From Azolla caroliniana (lineage: Eukaryota; Plantae; Polypodiophyta), in contig JBHGNT010000016.1 of NCBI GenBank assembly GCA_043228905.1, positions 1,674,001 to 1,738,000 of the forward strand: DNA of 64,000 nt, written 5' to 3'. This document shows, in pieces, positions 1-11,616 of the stretch. Both the position numbers and the translations under genes were made by a program. Position 1 is the stretch's first letter; every line of letters starts with the position of its first letter. The notes beneath the pieces are model-generated. The model saw nothing but the letters and a program-made list of their open reading frames with translations, was not told the origin of the DNA and made no database searches.

Positions 1-249
1 CCTTGGATTGTATGCAAGCAAACCAAGGCTTGTCTGGCTATGGTGTTCTTGCTTTGGAACTTTGACGAAGAAACAGTGGAGGTGCGATAACATACCCACC
101 ATGGCAAGAAGAAGCAAAAGGGAGAGAAGTAGACATGAAAAAGAAACCTTAGCTTTTCTTGCACAGAAAAAGAAGGGAAAGAATAAAGGAACATATTGCT
201 TCTTCATAATCTTCTTCTTGTTCTTCCACAGAGCGTCACATTCCATCAT
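1..249 (-). CDS. 5' part of a probable type II membrane protein (runs off the left edge)
   Basis: Open frame from ATG 249 to the edge: MMECDALWKNKKKIMKKQYVPLFFPFFFCARKAKVSFSCLLLSLLLLLAMVGMLSHLHCFFVKVPKQEHHSQTSLGLLAYNPR. A basic N-tail followed by one hydrophobic segment is typical of Golgi glycosyltransferase-like proteins. The family cannot be identified from this part. Confidence 0.45.
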   Translation of the reverse strand, partial: MMECDALWKNKKKIMKKQYVPLFFPFFFCARKAKVSFSCLLLSLLLLLAMVGMLSHLHCFFVKVPKQEHHSQTSLGLLAYNPR

Positions 250-3200
250 TTTGATGCAGATGGGGGATAGATTCAATGGAAACAGAGGATCCCCTGTTTT
301 TTTTATCCTCTGTTTTTTGCTGTCTTTTGAGGAGTTTTTGGAAAGAAGCAAAGGAAGGGGTTGGGTTTGGTTTGGTTGGTTCTTTACATGTTTTAATGCC
401 ATGACTTGGGCATGTGTTATACATACATATAACTAGTAACTAGTAACCAGTAACCAACAACAACTTGAGTGTCCCTTAGGGCTGGCGGGCCATGACACAT
501 GCAATCACTTGTTCGGTAATTACAACTTTCGGAACCAGTTTCGACTTCTAGACTCTTTTGAACCAATGCCAGTCTTTTGACATTGCCGAGGCCTTCTTAG
601 CCTCTTCTCGTTTTTTCTTGCCCCCGTCATACCATCTCCAGATATTATGGCAAGAGTTGTTACTCTATCTATAGGTACCATGGCAAGGCTTGTAACTCCA
701 TCTCGATATCCTCCTCGCACGTTGTGTTTGTGGATATCTATGTGCAGACTCGTTCATAATTGATCAATGTATTTTTAGGGATGGTCGGAAAGATAGGAAT
801 CATAATCACGGATCCATATAGTATAGATTGGGTAGCTTCGAAGATGACTTTGACAAACTCTTATCACTTGTAGTTTGGGGAAGAAGTGGTGAAACTAACT
901 CTCTCTAGTATCATTGGTATTAATGGCCATGCTTATTATGCTTGTGTATCACTTATCTCTCTATACCTAGGACATTGTATATCCATGAAGCATACCTAGG
1001 ATGGCTTTAATATTGCCTCCTACCCAAGGCTATGTGTGTGTGCTCGTAGTATACCTCAATTGAAACCTCATTTTCTTATTCTACTACTATGATCTCATTT
1101 ATTCTTGTATATCCACTCATTCTTTCTTACCACGAGTAGAGATCGAAACATCATAACTTATTTTGTTAATAATAACATTGTCGAATAATGGTTATAACCT
1201 AACATAATGGTCACAACAATGCACCTTTTTGCATGTGCATCCACCTTCTCATAGGCATCTAGTTTATCCCACATGTTTATACTTGTGTGCAAAACTCAAT
1301 TTATAGTTTATTACAATAAAGTAAATGAAAATAATCAATGGTTCCATACAAACAAGGGAGTGTTTATCGATCGTTATAATGCCTTTCTTAATACTAGTCC
1401 GAACAAATCAGCATGTTTTTCTTGAATCTCCATCTAAGGAATAAATGTATAATAGTTGTGAATATCAATGAACCTCTCTTCTCTCTATAAGATGGCATTT
1501 ATTTTTGTAATGGATATATATGTATAGGCCTAACTACCCAAAATAGTAATAATACACTTTTATCCATGAATCATATGAAATGTGTAAGGCCATCTTCCTC
1601 TTACCTAATGGACATGTGTTTTCCTGGATTTTTTATGCTCAAACTAGTGATAGGTAAAAAAGACTTTGGGTTCCCGAGCCTAACAAGTTACTTGATATGA
1701 ACTTTAGTTAAGCAATTGTAAGCTTGACTTGTTATGGGTGTTACATATGGTCGCTCCATTCATTTTTTTATTCCAAACTTTGGAATGTTACTAATTGGCA
1801 TGCACTATCACTCATGAAACACACTATATTATTTTACATTCCATTGGGAAAGGAAATTTATAAATATCAATAATGTACAAATTTGCAAGGTGCAGGGTTG
1901 TAATCAGCCCATTATAAAATAATCAGAGGCATGCAAGCAAAGCATGAAAATATATTCAATTGGTTGTATAGAAATTACTAGTAAGATGAGAAACTCAAAT
2001 CATGAAAAACATTATCCAATGACCACATCTTAAGTATGAATTTATGATTCATAGAAAACAATGCATTTTGCTCATTTACGATTAATATCTATATAACTCC
2101 TAGTTTGACGAACAAACTCAACAATAAAGTATAAAGGTCTATTTGTTGTACCATGAAGTTGGGTAATACTATAAAACATATTAAAAGCTGTCACAAGAAA
2201 TGTGTCTCTTTCTAGCCCATATTGTCCCCCACAACTGACGCTTTTAAATTCTCTCTTTATTTACATTTCGCACACTCAATAGCGCAGAATGCTGTGATGG
2301 GTGTTATTGCCAGTGGCCACTATCTTTTTCTCTCATTTATAATCTTCAAAGCATTCAGCATTCCAACTTAATGTTAGTTGAACTTGTACTAGTGCATTAC
2401 CAATCTAATTTATCATTAGTTGAACTTGTACTAGCGTGTTACCAAGAACTAATTTTCATTCCATCCTATTCTCAAATGCAAAAATCCATAATATGTGCTT
2501 TTAACTTTAGGTATTAAAGACAAACATGGAAATTGTGTAGGATAAATGAAATAAATGTACACTTAATATAACTTGTGTCCTTCACACTATTTATGCTTAC
2601 CAATATTATAATCCAAAATATAAGAAACAAACCATACATTGATCTCATATTGAGTTTATGTGGAATGTTGTGATCTGATAGTTTGTTCAAAAGTTGCTCC
2701 AACTCCCACATTCTATAATTCATCGTGCCAAACTTGGATATAGGAATAAACAAATTTCTTAGGCTTCCATTCTACATACTTTTGAATAGTTCTTGAAATC
2801 TTGAACTATTGGGGGTTATGGCATGTTTGGCATACATGAGAACATATGGACCTTAATACTCTTTGTTGCGCACAAATATATATCAAAATCACAATTTGAG
2901 GCATCACGAGATCTTTGTATGTCTTTGTGCCCAACAACTGGCCTTACCTTTTGAGTCACATTAATGTTTGGCATTCATCGGGCATGAATACATACAAAGC
3001 AATTGAAAGATGGGTTACTTTGCCAATTCCTATGATTGGAACCTCTAGGATGTTATCACCTAAGATCCAAGTATCTAAATCGGTTAGGCATCATATTCAT
3101 ATTGCGTTGGCCCTCTCAAAGTCTATAAGATCTCGATCAAGATTCAAAAGTCATCTAGCTTTGAGCTTTCTATAGTTTATCCCTTTGGAACATGGGTACC

Positions 3201-5740
3201 ATCAGCACTCTAGGAGCAGTCTTAGTTGAGTGGATTTCACTGCTAAAAGCACCACAGCACTCTAGGAGCATTCTTAGTTTACTAGATTTCACTGCTATAA
3301 AAGCACAACAAATATATGATCAACACCTACAAGCTCCAAGACTAGATTCCTCCATATTGTTCCTATTGATATTGAGTAATCTTATTCGAAGAGAGAAAAA
3401 TGTTAAAAAGGCTTCTCAACAACCACCATCACACATACTTGGTTACCACCTATACAGCCACATTTAAATACATACATTCATTCACTTTCCACACCCATTG
3501 ACGCTCACAACAAACTAGTATTGCTAGTGAGTAGCCTCAAGTCGTTCTTTTCGACATTGTGCCACATTTTTACGCTTCATTATGCTTTGATCCACTTAAT
3601 GGCAAGGTATCAGAAACCTTTGATACAAACATTTTTTAAAGACACCACTCAGAATATTTGTCAATAGAGGGATATTAACCATTTGATTCTATATCTTTAA
3701 TGTGAAATTCTTTAACATGATTTCATGCAGCTATTTAGGCCACGGTACCTTTGGTCTTCAAATGAAAAATGGATGTACATGGCTATATTCCATATGCTTA
3801 ACCAGTACCACAGATATGCCAATATTTCTTTCTTCATTTTGATTTTCAGTGCAAATAGAAGCTATTCATAGCATCAGCCTTGAAGCTTGTTAGAGCAACA
3901 TTAAGAATTAAAAAAAACTGTCTTCTAGCAGATGGCTTTCCCAGGCAAATAACTAGCCTCATAATTAAGAATTTGGAAGATATGTGATCATCATACAAAT
4001 GTTAATACATAAACAGGAATGCTTAGAAAACTGGATATAATTATTTATACTCAAACGAGGTTGTGCATTCTCTCTACTACATTGCAATGATGCAATCGAC
4101 AGGAAATTTCCAGTTATTTTACCCCAAAATATTTTACACGCACATAGTTATCCCTGATATGAAACTTGGAGAACATGTGAAAATGACAAGAGCAAAAACT
4201 CGAAGGCAAACACCTAGCAGAAAATACAAGAAGCATTGTATCTGGATGATTGAAATTCCTTTTTATATGAAGGGTTAGCTGACAAGCTGAATTACTAATT
4301 TTACATGGCAAGCAAAAAAGATAAGAAAAGTGATGCTCACAATAACCTTACTGAATGTTGAGCTGAAATCTGCAACATGATGATGAACAGATAAGCACTT
4401 GATTTCTTTCCTGGGAATTTTGCCTTGAACCATATTCAATCAGATCTGCAACTGAATGTCACTTTGGAATACTGGGGAGGTTAAGTTGGTTGCCCTTGAC
4501 TACACCTTTGAAGGATACTGGAATGATAAACGAAAGATATGTTGGCTTTTAAATATAGACAAAATCTCCAAGTTGAGTTTCAGGTCTGACACATAGCAAT
4601 GGTTCTTTCTGCTATGCGAATACTGCTCAGTCTTAGGGTTTTCGCATGCTATCATGTGCTTTACATTTTATAGATGTGATGATCTTGCAAAGAATCTGAA
4701 GTATGTACAAGCAGATGAATGGTTATTCATAAAGTAATGTGCTTTAGTATGGTGGTGGACATAGATCCCTTTCTGGGGCAATAGAATACATGTCTGTAAA
4801 ATGGTCTTGAAGATGTGGGTGTCATGAGCTACTCCGTGAAAGATAAGCAATAAATCATTTAAAAATCTCATATTCCATTTGCTTGAAAGTGCATTGAAGC
4901 TCCAGGCAGCTTGACTCATAGATTTATAATTGTTTTCAAATGATATGAAGGTGAGAAAATCCAGATACAATAGAACACATTTTTACAGTTAATCATGCAT
5001 TTTTTATTTTATTAGCCAGTCATGTCACATTTGTATCCAACAGCCGGACGTGTCACATTTTAGCAATTGAACCTTACAAATAGGATCTTCAAGTCTGAAA
5101 TGTATCTTGTATTAGGTAACGTTGTTGTGAACTTCACAACAATGTTCTAATCAAATGTATTTCAACCTGTTGGCTTATTCCATACCCTAATTGAGGAGGT
5201 CAAATAACCACTAACTCAACAACTAACAATCAATGTTCACAAGCACATGCATATGTTCGCACCTATGTTGTTATATGCCTACCGTGAAAACAATGATTTG
5301 TTTCTGATCCATCACCCAAAGAATTTTCAATCATGCAAAGCTTATTACAGTCCTTCCTGTTTCAATTTAGCAAGTTTTGCGTGATTCCAAAAAAATTCAA
5401 GGAAAATCACGTTATTCCACTTCCCTTTCCAAATAAGCAAAGAAACGCTCACAAATATGCAATGGAATATGGTTAAGCAATCCTCCTTTAATTTTCTGGT
5501 TTTCAAAGAGCATCCACTGTCAGGTCCCACATCAGTAGGGAACTCATGCCTAGTCAAGCACAGAGTACTCCAGATTCCAGTCCTACATTCCCAAAGGAAT
5601 CCAACTAGAGCACTCAACCATTTCCATCATTCTAAATTCCTATTTTGGATCCCAAGGGTCATCCTGATCAACCATTTCAGCAGATAGAATCTGTTCTCAT
5701 TGGTTCAGTCTCAAGAAGAATGACCTCTCATGTTCACAAG

Positions 5741-6218
5741 TAGTCATGGGCCCGGTTTAGGCTCAAACCGAATTGAACCGTTGAGCCATGTTTTAATGGT
5801 TTATCTGTTCCTATGATTAAACGGTTTGGTTTGGTTCAATTTGGTTTTAAAACTAAGGTTTATCGGTTTTTTGTTAGCTTTTTTTTCCTTAAAGGTTTAT
5901 TAGTTTAATGGTTTAATTAAACTTTTTTATTGATTTAATAAATTTAATTTAAATGCATATTTATTTAATGGTTCAATTAATATTTTTTATTGATTTAATT
6001 AATTTTACTTAAATGCTTATTTAATTCAATGTATTTTTGTTAATTTAGTTTGATTTAAATGGTTAGGTTTATATTCTTTTATTAAATGGATCGGTTTGGT
6101 TTCAATTTCTCCAATAAACAGTTTGGTTTGGTTTTTGCTTTATATAAATGGTTCAGTTGGGTTTGGTTTCAAGGCAAAGATACCGAACTGAACCAAAACC
6201 AAACCGGGCCCATAGCTA
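5741..6218. mobile_element. hAT-superfamily MITE
   Basis: TIRs TAGTCATGGGCCCGGTTT / AAACCGGGCCCATAGCTA. Perfect 8-bp TSD TTCACAAG at 5733-5740 and 6219-6226. Subterminal AACCG/CGGTT motifs and an AT-rich non-coding core. Confidence 0.92.
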
Positions 6219-7713
6219 TTCACAAGATCAAGGCATTCTATCTTTTGTGAACAATAGTCTGGCAGATTTTTGTTCTCATGCCATTCATACTGAATATCTG
6301 TCACATCACCCCCACATTTGGTGTTAGGGGAAGGTGGTAAGAGATTTGGCAAATCCAAAGATATAGCATCTCATCATAATTGGCTGCTTCAAAAAATCAC
6401 TTATGAGATCATAATGTTTGTAATTTAGGAGTCATTCATATTTCAATGCTATCAATCATAGATCATTGCAGTCAATCATCATTGATTTATTTCTTCAGTT
6501 GGACATGCCACATTTTTTTGCTCAGCAGCTGGTCATGGCACTTCTAGTGATCAGCCTCCGTAATATAGGGTCTTCATATAGCCAACGTAATTGAGAAAAA
6601 ATACATCAGTTAACGTGATCATAAAAACCTCACCAAAAAAGTATATATCTTGATCTCAACAACCATCATGAAACCACATGCCATCTTTGGGCACTCAATG
6701 TGGAATAATCGTCAAATACCCATTTAATACCTCATAATCATTTGCCAAGTATGGGACCAGCGTAAATGCCCACAATTAGATACCAACAATAAATCTGGTT
6801 TAGATAAACAAAAACTCTCGGTAACTAGGTCTGAAACGTTTGCTTAGGGAACATCAGTTATGGGGACAACTATGTGCTCTATCACAATAGAATATTGTGG
6901 CACCCAGGAAATTTCTATCTTTTCCTGGATTGATAAATAGTTGGCTCAGTACTTGGTATTAAATCAATCAAATAGGCGAGTCAATCAAGATTACTCAGTG
7001 AGCTTGAAGGTAGACAGTGGACTTAGACCACACAATGCTAGTCATAGAATACACTTTCTCATTGATTTATGGTGTATGCTTTATACTTTAGCCTTTACAC
7101 ATCCATACGTTCTAGCTAAAATTTAACCACCTTTTGTTGTCTTACCTCTTAGTTCCTCTCCCTCTCTCTATCCTCGTATTGCCTTTTCTGAACATGGTTT
7201 TGAGAATTCGTAAAATAGATCAATCATGAAATGTCATTATCATTATATTCAGTGATCTTTTTATCATTGCTGATTGATAACTGGTTCTGGACAGGTACTG
7301 AAATAATTTTCTGCTTACTGAGTTGCAAAAGTGAAGTATTGACTGCTCATGACATCAAAACCATGATGTCATATAAAAATTAAGTATTTCAAGTGCATCA
7401 AAAGAGGGCTTAATACGGTAAATTCCAACTAACAACTTGACATGACTCTTTGGTGGCAAAAAATTGCTACAAAAGTAGAGTTTTCAGCTTCATATTCACC
7501 ATATAGAAAAGGGTTTTCACTTTTTTGCATATATATAAATATTCAGTGGTATATCAGAAAAATTGCCATCTTGATATCAATTTCAGAAACCTCATTTCTA
7601 CTTCAAATAAATGTTTAAGACCCTTTACAAAAAGATAAGATAGGCCTCTGGATGATACATTGCAAAAAGGACAAAGTAACCTCTGGCTAGTGTAACAAAA
7701 AATCCACACCTCG

Positions 7714-8319
7714 TCAATGCTTGAAAGTTGAGGGTTCAGGGAGTGTTATTGGGCCGCTTCTTTGGTTCTCTTTATCGAGCAATCTGTTTACTCTCTTCTT
7801 TGCACAATACTCTCGATCAAAATGCTTTACCTGTTGATTTTTATGTTAAATTTTCTTGTTTTCTCTCGTTTTTTTCGTTTTTTCTGTGAATTATGAGAAT
7901 CTCATTTACATACAAAAATAAAACTAGAAGAAATCTGACATATTATTTTTGAATACAACACATACCCAAGTGAGCCGACAACTCTTTTCATACTCTTTTC
8001 GAGCTTTCCGACATGTCGCAGGGTACAGTAATCCTACGGAGGCTATTTCTGTAGGAGTGATATGCTTCTGCTTCTCTAAGCACTCATAGAATGTGTCTCT
8101 AGCCTGAAAACAGAAGAGAAATGGAAGCATAAAAAAACAAAACAGAAATTCTAGGGTTTCAAGTATAGCAAAATTGGAAAACAGAGAAAACAAAGAATGG
8201 TTTCGGGAACAAGACAGAGAGAAAGGAGATGAGTTGGAGGGGGAATGGATGACCTTGTAGCAAGCTGTTCTGCCACGAGCCAAAACGTCAGAAGCGATCC
8301 CCGTCTGATGTGCTTCCAT
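7714..8319 (-). CDS. COA6: Cytochrome c oxidase assembly factor COA6 / COX6B-family protein, 106 aa, 3 exons
   Basis: Exons 8319-8254, 8103-7966, 7830-7714 with GT-AG introns. Protein MEAHQTGIASDVLARGRTACYK|ARDTFYECLEKQKHITPTEIASVGLLYPATCRKARKEYEKSCRLTW|VKHFDREYCAKKRVNRLLDKENQRSGPITLPEPSTFKH* has the CX9C...CX10C pattern and the WVKHFD motif. Confidence 0.9.
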
Positions 8320-9139
8320 CGCTGCGATCGTCAAGTCTAATAATTCTCTGATATGTCTATGTGTATATACGCATAGTACATAATATACTCGAATGCATTG
8401 GAAAACATTCGTTTTCATACGCATGAAAACGAATGCATATGTTATAAAACATTCTTATGTTATTATTTTTTTTACACTTTTTACCTTAACTTTCTTACCT
8501 TAGTAAACAATTTACCTTATCATAAACAATGAATACAAAAGTATGGTAAATACCATACTCTGAGGGTGTTTACCATACTCGAATGATTTAATCATTCGGG
8601 AATGCTAATACACGTATGGTTCACATTATGTGTGTATGTGTACATGTGTATGCGTATGTGTCTGTATGGGTGTGCGCGTATGCGTATGCATATACGTATG
8701 GGTATGTCGTGATATGTGTGTAACCAAGATGATCCGTACGTTCTTCTTTATTTCCCCAAATGCCCTTGAATTCCCATTATTTCCCGAAATGCCCTTGGCC
8801 GACCTTTAGCACTTACTTGAAGGCATGTCGCACAAAGACTTGTTGACTTGTGTATATTTTTTTCCCTAAACATGTTCGTGAGTCTGAGTATCGTTCTCTA
8901 TTATAGCATGCACCCCCTTTGATCACATTTAAGTTTGCTTTCCACACGTTGTCAATATGGCCCTATCCACACACACACATTCCTATCACACTCACAAAGT
9001 GCACTCTCAAATGCAATGTTCATTTATAAAAATCTAGAACATTGAGGATCAATACACTCTACACATACATTGAGGAGTGTTCATTGATGCATGGAAATCC
9101 TTTCATACTCTGCATATAAATGACAAGTTAGAATTTTTT

Positions 9140-10102
9140 TCTTCCTTGAGAGGGGGGCGGATTATATGGGACCAGGTGCAAGTTTTTGGGCACTCAACCT
9201 CTATGGTATGGTCCTTTAATCCTCCCAAATGGGAAGGGGCATTTACGAGGCTTCAAGTGACGGTGGGGATAAGTTGACATTTGTCTTGTGGACGATTTCA
9301 AGACTATGATGTGGAGGAAGATGGCATTATATATAGATCAACGACACAACTAGAGACCTCGCTTATGACGGATCTAAGTGGATCATCGACCCACAAGTTG
9401 ATGCAGTCAAGGAGCATTGGAAATTGAGATGTTTTGAAAAGAAACCCTAGACAAGGTTGGAGCATTGGACATTGAGATGTTTTGAAAAGAAACCCTAGAC
9501 AAGGTTGCAATGAGATCTGGGGGAATATTGGTGGAAAGTGTTGGAAATCAAGCTCGTACTTGGAAGGACTTGAACACATGCCATATGTGTTCATACTTAT
9601 TTGGTTTAACCATCAAGCCATTAATGGTTTGTTACATTGCATTATTCAATATTCAATATTAGTTAATGATGAATGCATGTAGTATATGCATGCAAAATAC
9701 ATGTGTGACAAGTGGTGTTCATGCAAAAGTCCTTCACAAGTATAAGAAAAGGCTACACGGTCTTGTTAATATAGAGTTTTGAGTGGAGCATAGTTATATG
9801 TGCAAGAGCTCTTCCTCCCTATATTGTATACACATCCAAGTTTCATTCTTATATTATAATAGCTTGATTCTTCCCTCTATATCTACATCATTTGTTTATG
9901 TCTATGTTCCTATCTCTACACATATATGTTATTTGTTGATCTTGGGGGTCTATTACGTGTTTTGCCGTGCATATAGAGTTGCCAAAACTCTAACAAGGTG
10001 TGACCGTGCAGAAAAAAGGTTCCTACGATCATAAGCCAAAACTCTAACCTAGAAGGAAATCGTAGGAAGCAATTGACCCCATCTTCCCATCCCCATGCTA
10101 TC
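9140..10102 (+). mobile_element. Probable LTR-retrotransposon 3' remnant (PPT plus LTR-like segment)
   Basis: Polypurine tract GAGAGGGGGGCGG at about 9149-9161, followed by about 940 bp of non-coding sequence ending in ...CA. No partner LTR is seen. Confidence 0.35.
9411..9507. repeat. 48-bp direct tandem duplication
   Basis: GGAGCATTGGA(A/C)ATTGAGATGTTTTGAAAAGAAACCCTAGACAAGGTT begins at 9411 and again at 9459. Confidence 0.9.
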
Positions 10103-10322
10103 ATCTAACACGAGAATGGCAATAATCAACCTCTCAACACTTGCATGTTGATAATTAGATAAATCAATATAATTAATTTGATTAAGCATCCTCGCCTTCA
10201 ATAATATAAAAGGTTAGACAATCAATTTGTCATAAAGGCTCATTTTTTAGCCTTGAATGTTTGTTCTAGTAGTGAGTTAGCTCTAGTAATGAGTAGAGTA
10301 TAGCTAAAGGGGTAGTGGAGAG

Positions 10323-11597
10323 ATAGAAAGAAAGAAAGAAAGATATATTAACGTCTTCTAAGACCAAAATTTGGCCCATGAGACAATTGGTGTACAATAA
10401 AATAGGGTGTCTACCCAATCATAAAAAACAAATAAAAATTTAAATAAAACTTAAGCTAAAGGAGTTCTAGTATTTGTACAAAAAGTGTTATGGTGTAACA
10501 TATTCGATAAAGGAAATGACTTTGTGCTAGGCCTAGTTTCATTTCCATCCAAGCCTCTCGAAAAGAAGTGGGAGGGCACATACATGAACTGTTTGTTATG
10601 CTTCTCGTTTGAAAGATAGTCTATTGCAATGTTCTTATTACAGGATATGTTTCCAATTCAAAACCAGGTTGAATCTTGCATTGGAGCATTAGAAAAGGGC
10701 AGAGAAATGTAGGTAAAGATTGAGGAGATGGGTAGGCTGAAGAGAAACCAGGTTGTTAACAATGCATTGCTTGATCTATATGATACATATGGAGTCTTAC
10801 AGAAAGTACATGAACTGTTGGATATGCTTCCATTTCGAAAGGTAGTCTCGTGCAATGTTTTCATTATAGTTCAATGTTTAAGCCAATGATTGCAGGTGAT
10901 AGAAAGAACATTCCTGTAGGTGTTCACCGTTCTTAGTGCTTTTATACTATGACTCTTTGTAGTTTTTATTGGTCTACCACGGCTACAACCTTTATAAGGT
11001 TGTTGGTGTAATCATTTTGTCATGGATGTACAAGTTTCTACTAATGAAGAAGATGTTTTTAAAAATAAAAATAAAAGTGGGAGGTCAAAGGGTTTCGGTG
11101 TGGGTGTGACCCGTGGTCCCAATGTAGAAGGTACCCCAATCATAGCTTCCAGGCGGTGTAGCTCACGTTCCCTTACTTTCTTAATGACTTCTACACCACA
11201 TCGAGTTGTTTGAAACCTGGCATTCGAGGGCGTTTGGTTCTTCTTTGGTTTTCTGCTTCATCAAGGAAGAGGCCGAGTGGTGCAGGTGTGTCCACATTTG
11301 TCGTCTCCCCTATCCCTAAAAAACTTCATTTGTTACATGTTGGTGAATATTAGAAACGTTATTGTCAACATTTTGTGGTATATTCTCTCTATGGTGTTTT
11401 AGCTCTAAGATATATCTACCTAATTTCTTTATATCTAAAGTATGTAATAGTTTGGGGAGGGTGGGAGAGGGACCGAGTATGTCCCAAAATTTTGCCCTTA
11501 TCTCGACGTAAGTTGGACACTTGCATGTAAAGTGGTACTCATCCTCTATCTCTATGTGACATAATCTACATATCCTTTCCTCTCTAGGGACTCCATT
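10323..11597 (-). mobile_element. RTEX-type LINE, short 3'-end copy interrupted by a retroposed PPR fragment
   Basis: 10323-10575 plus 11075-11597 align with 11617-12340 of the neighbouring copy, sharing the (GAAA)n tail, 3' UTR and C-terminal zinc-knuckle coding region. Confidence 0.85.
10576..11074 (+). pseudogene. Retroposed fragment of a PLS-class PPR gene
   Basis: Encodes VVNNALLDLYDTYGVLQKVHELLDMLPFRKVVSCNVFI (about 10752-10865), a PLS-type PPR motif. Ends in AAAAATAAAAATAA and is flanked by the 10-bp direct repeat AAGTGGGAGG (10566-10575, 11075-11084). Confidence 0.75.
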
Positions 11598-11616
11598 AGA
11601 GAGAGAGAGAGAGAGA

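Noticed and set aside
8-436. 142-aa plus-strand ORF
   Set aside because: No recognisable motif; it is the antisense shadow of the minus-strand membrane-protein frame.
500-3700. Possible genes in short ORFs
   Set aside because: No protein motifs or consistent exon chain; probably decayed repeats that I cannot classify.
7924-8424. 166-aa ORF as a single-exon gene
   Set aside because: Read-through of COA6 intron 1 (150 nt, no stop); the spliced model matches the family.
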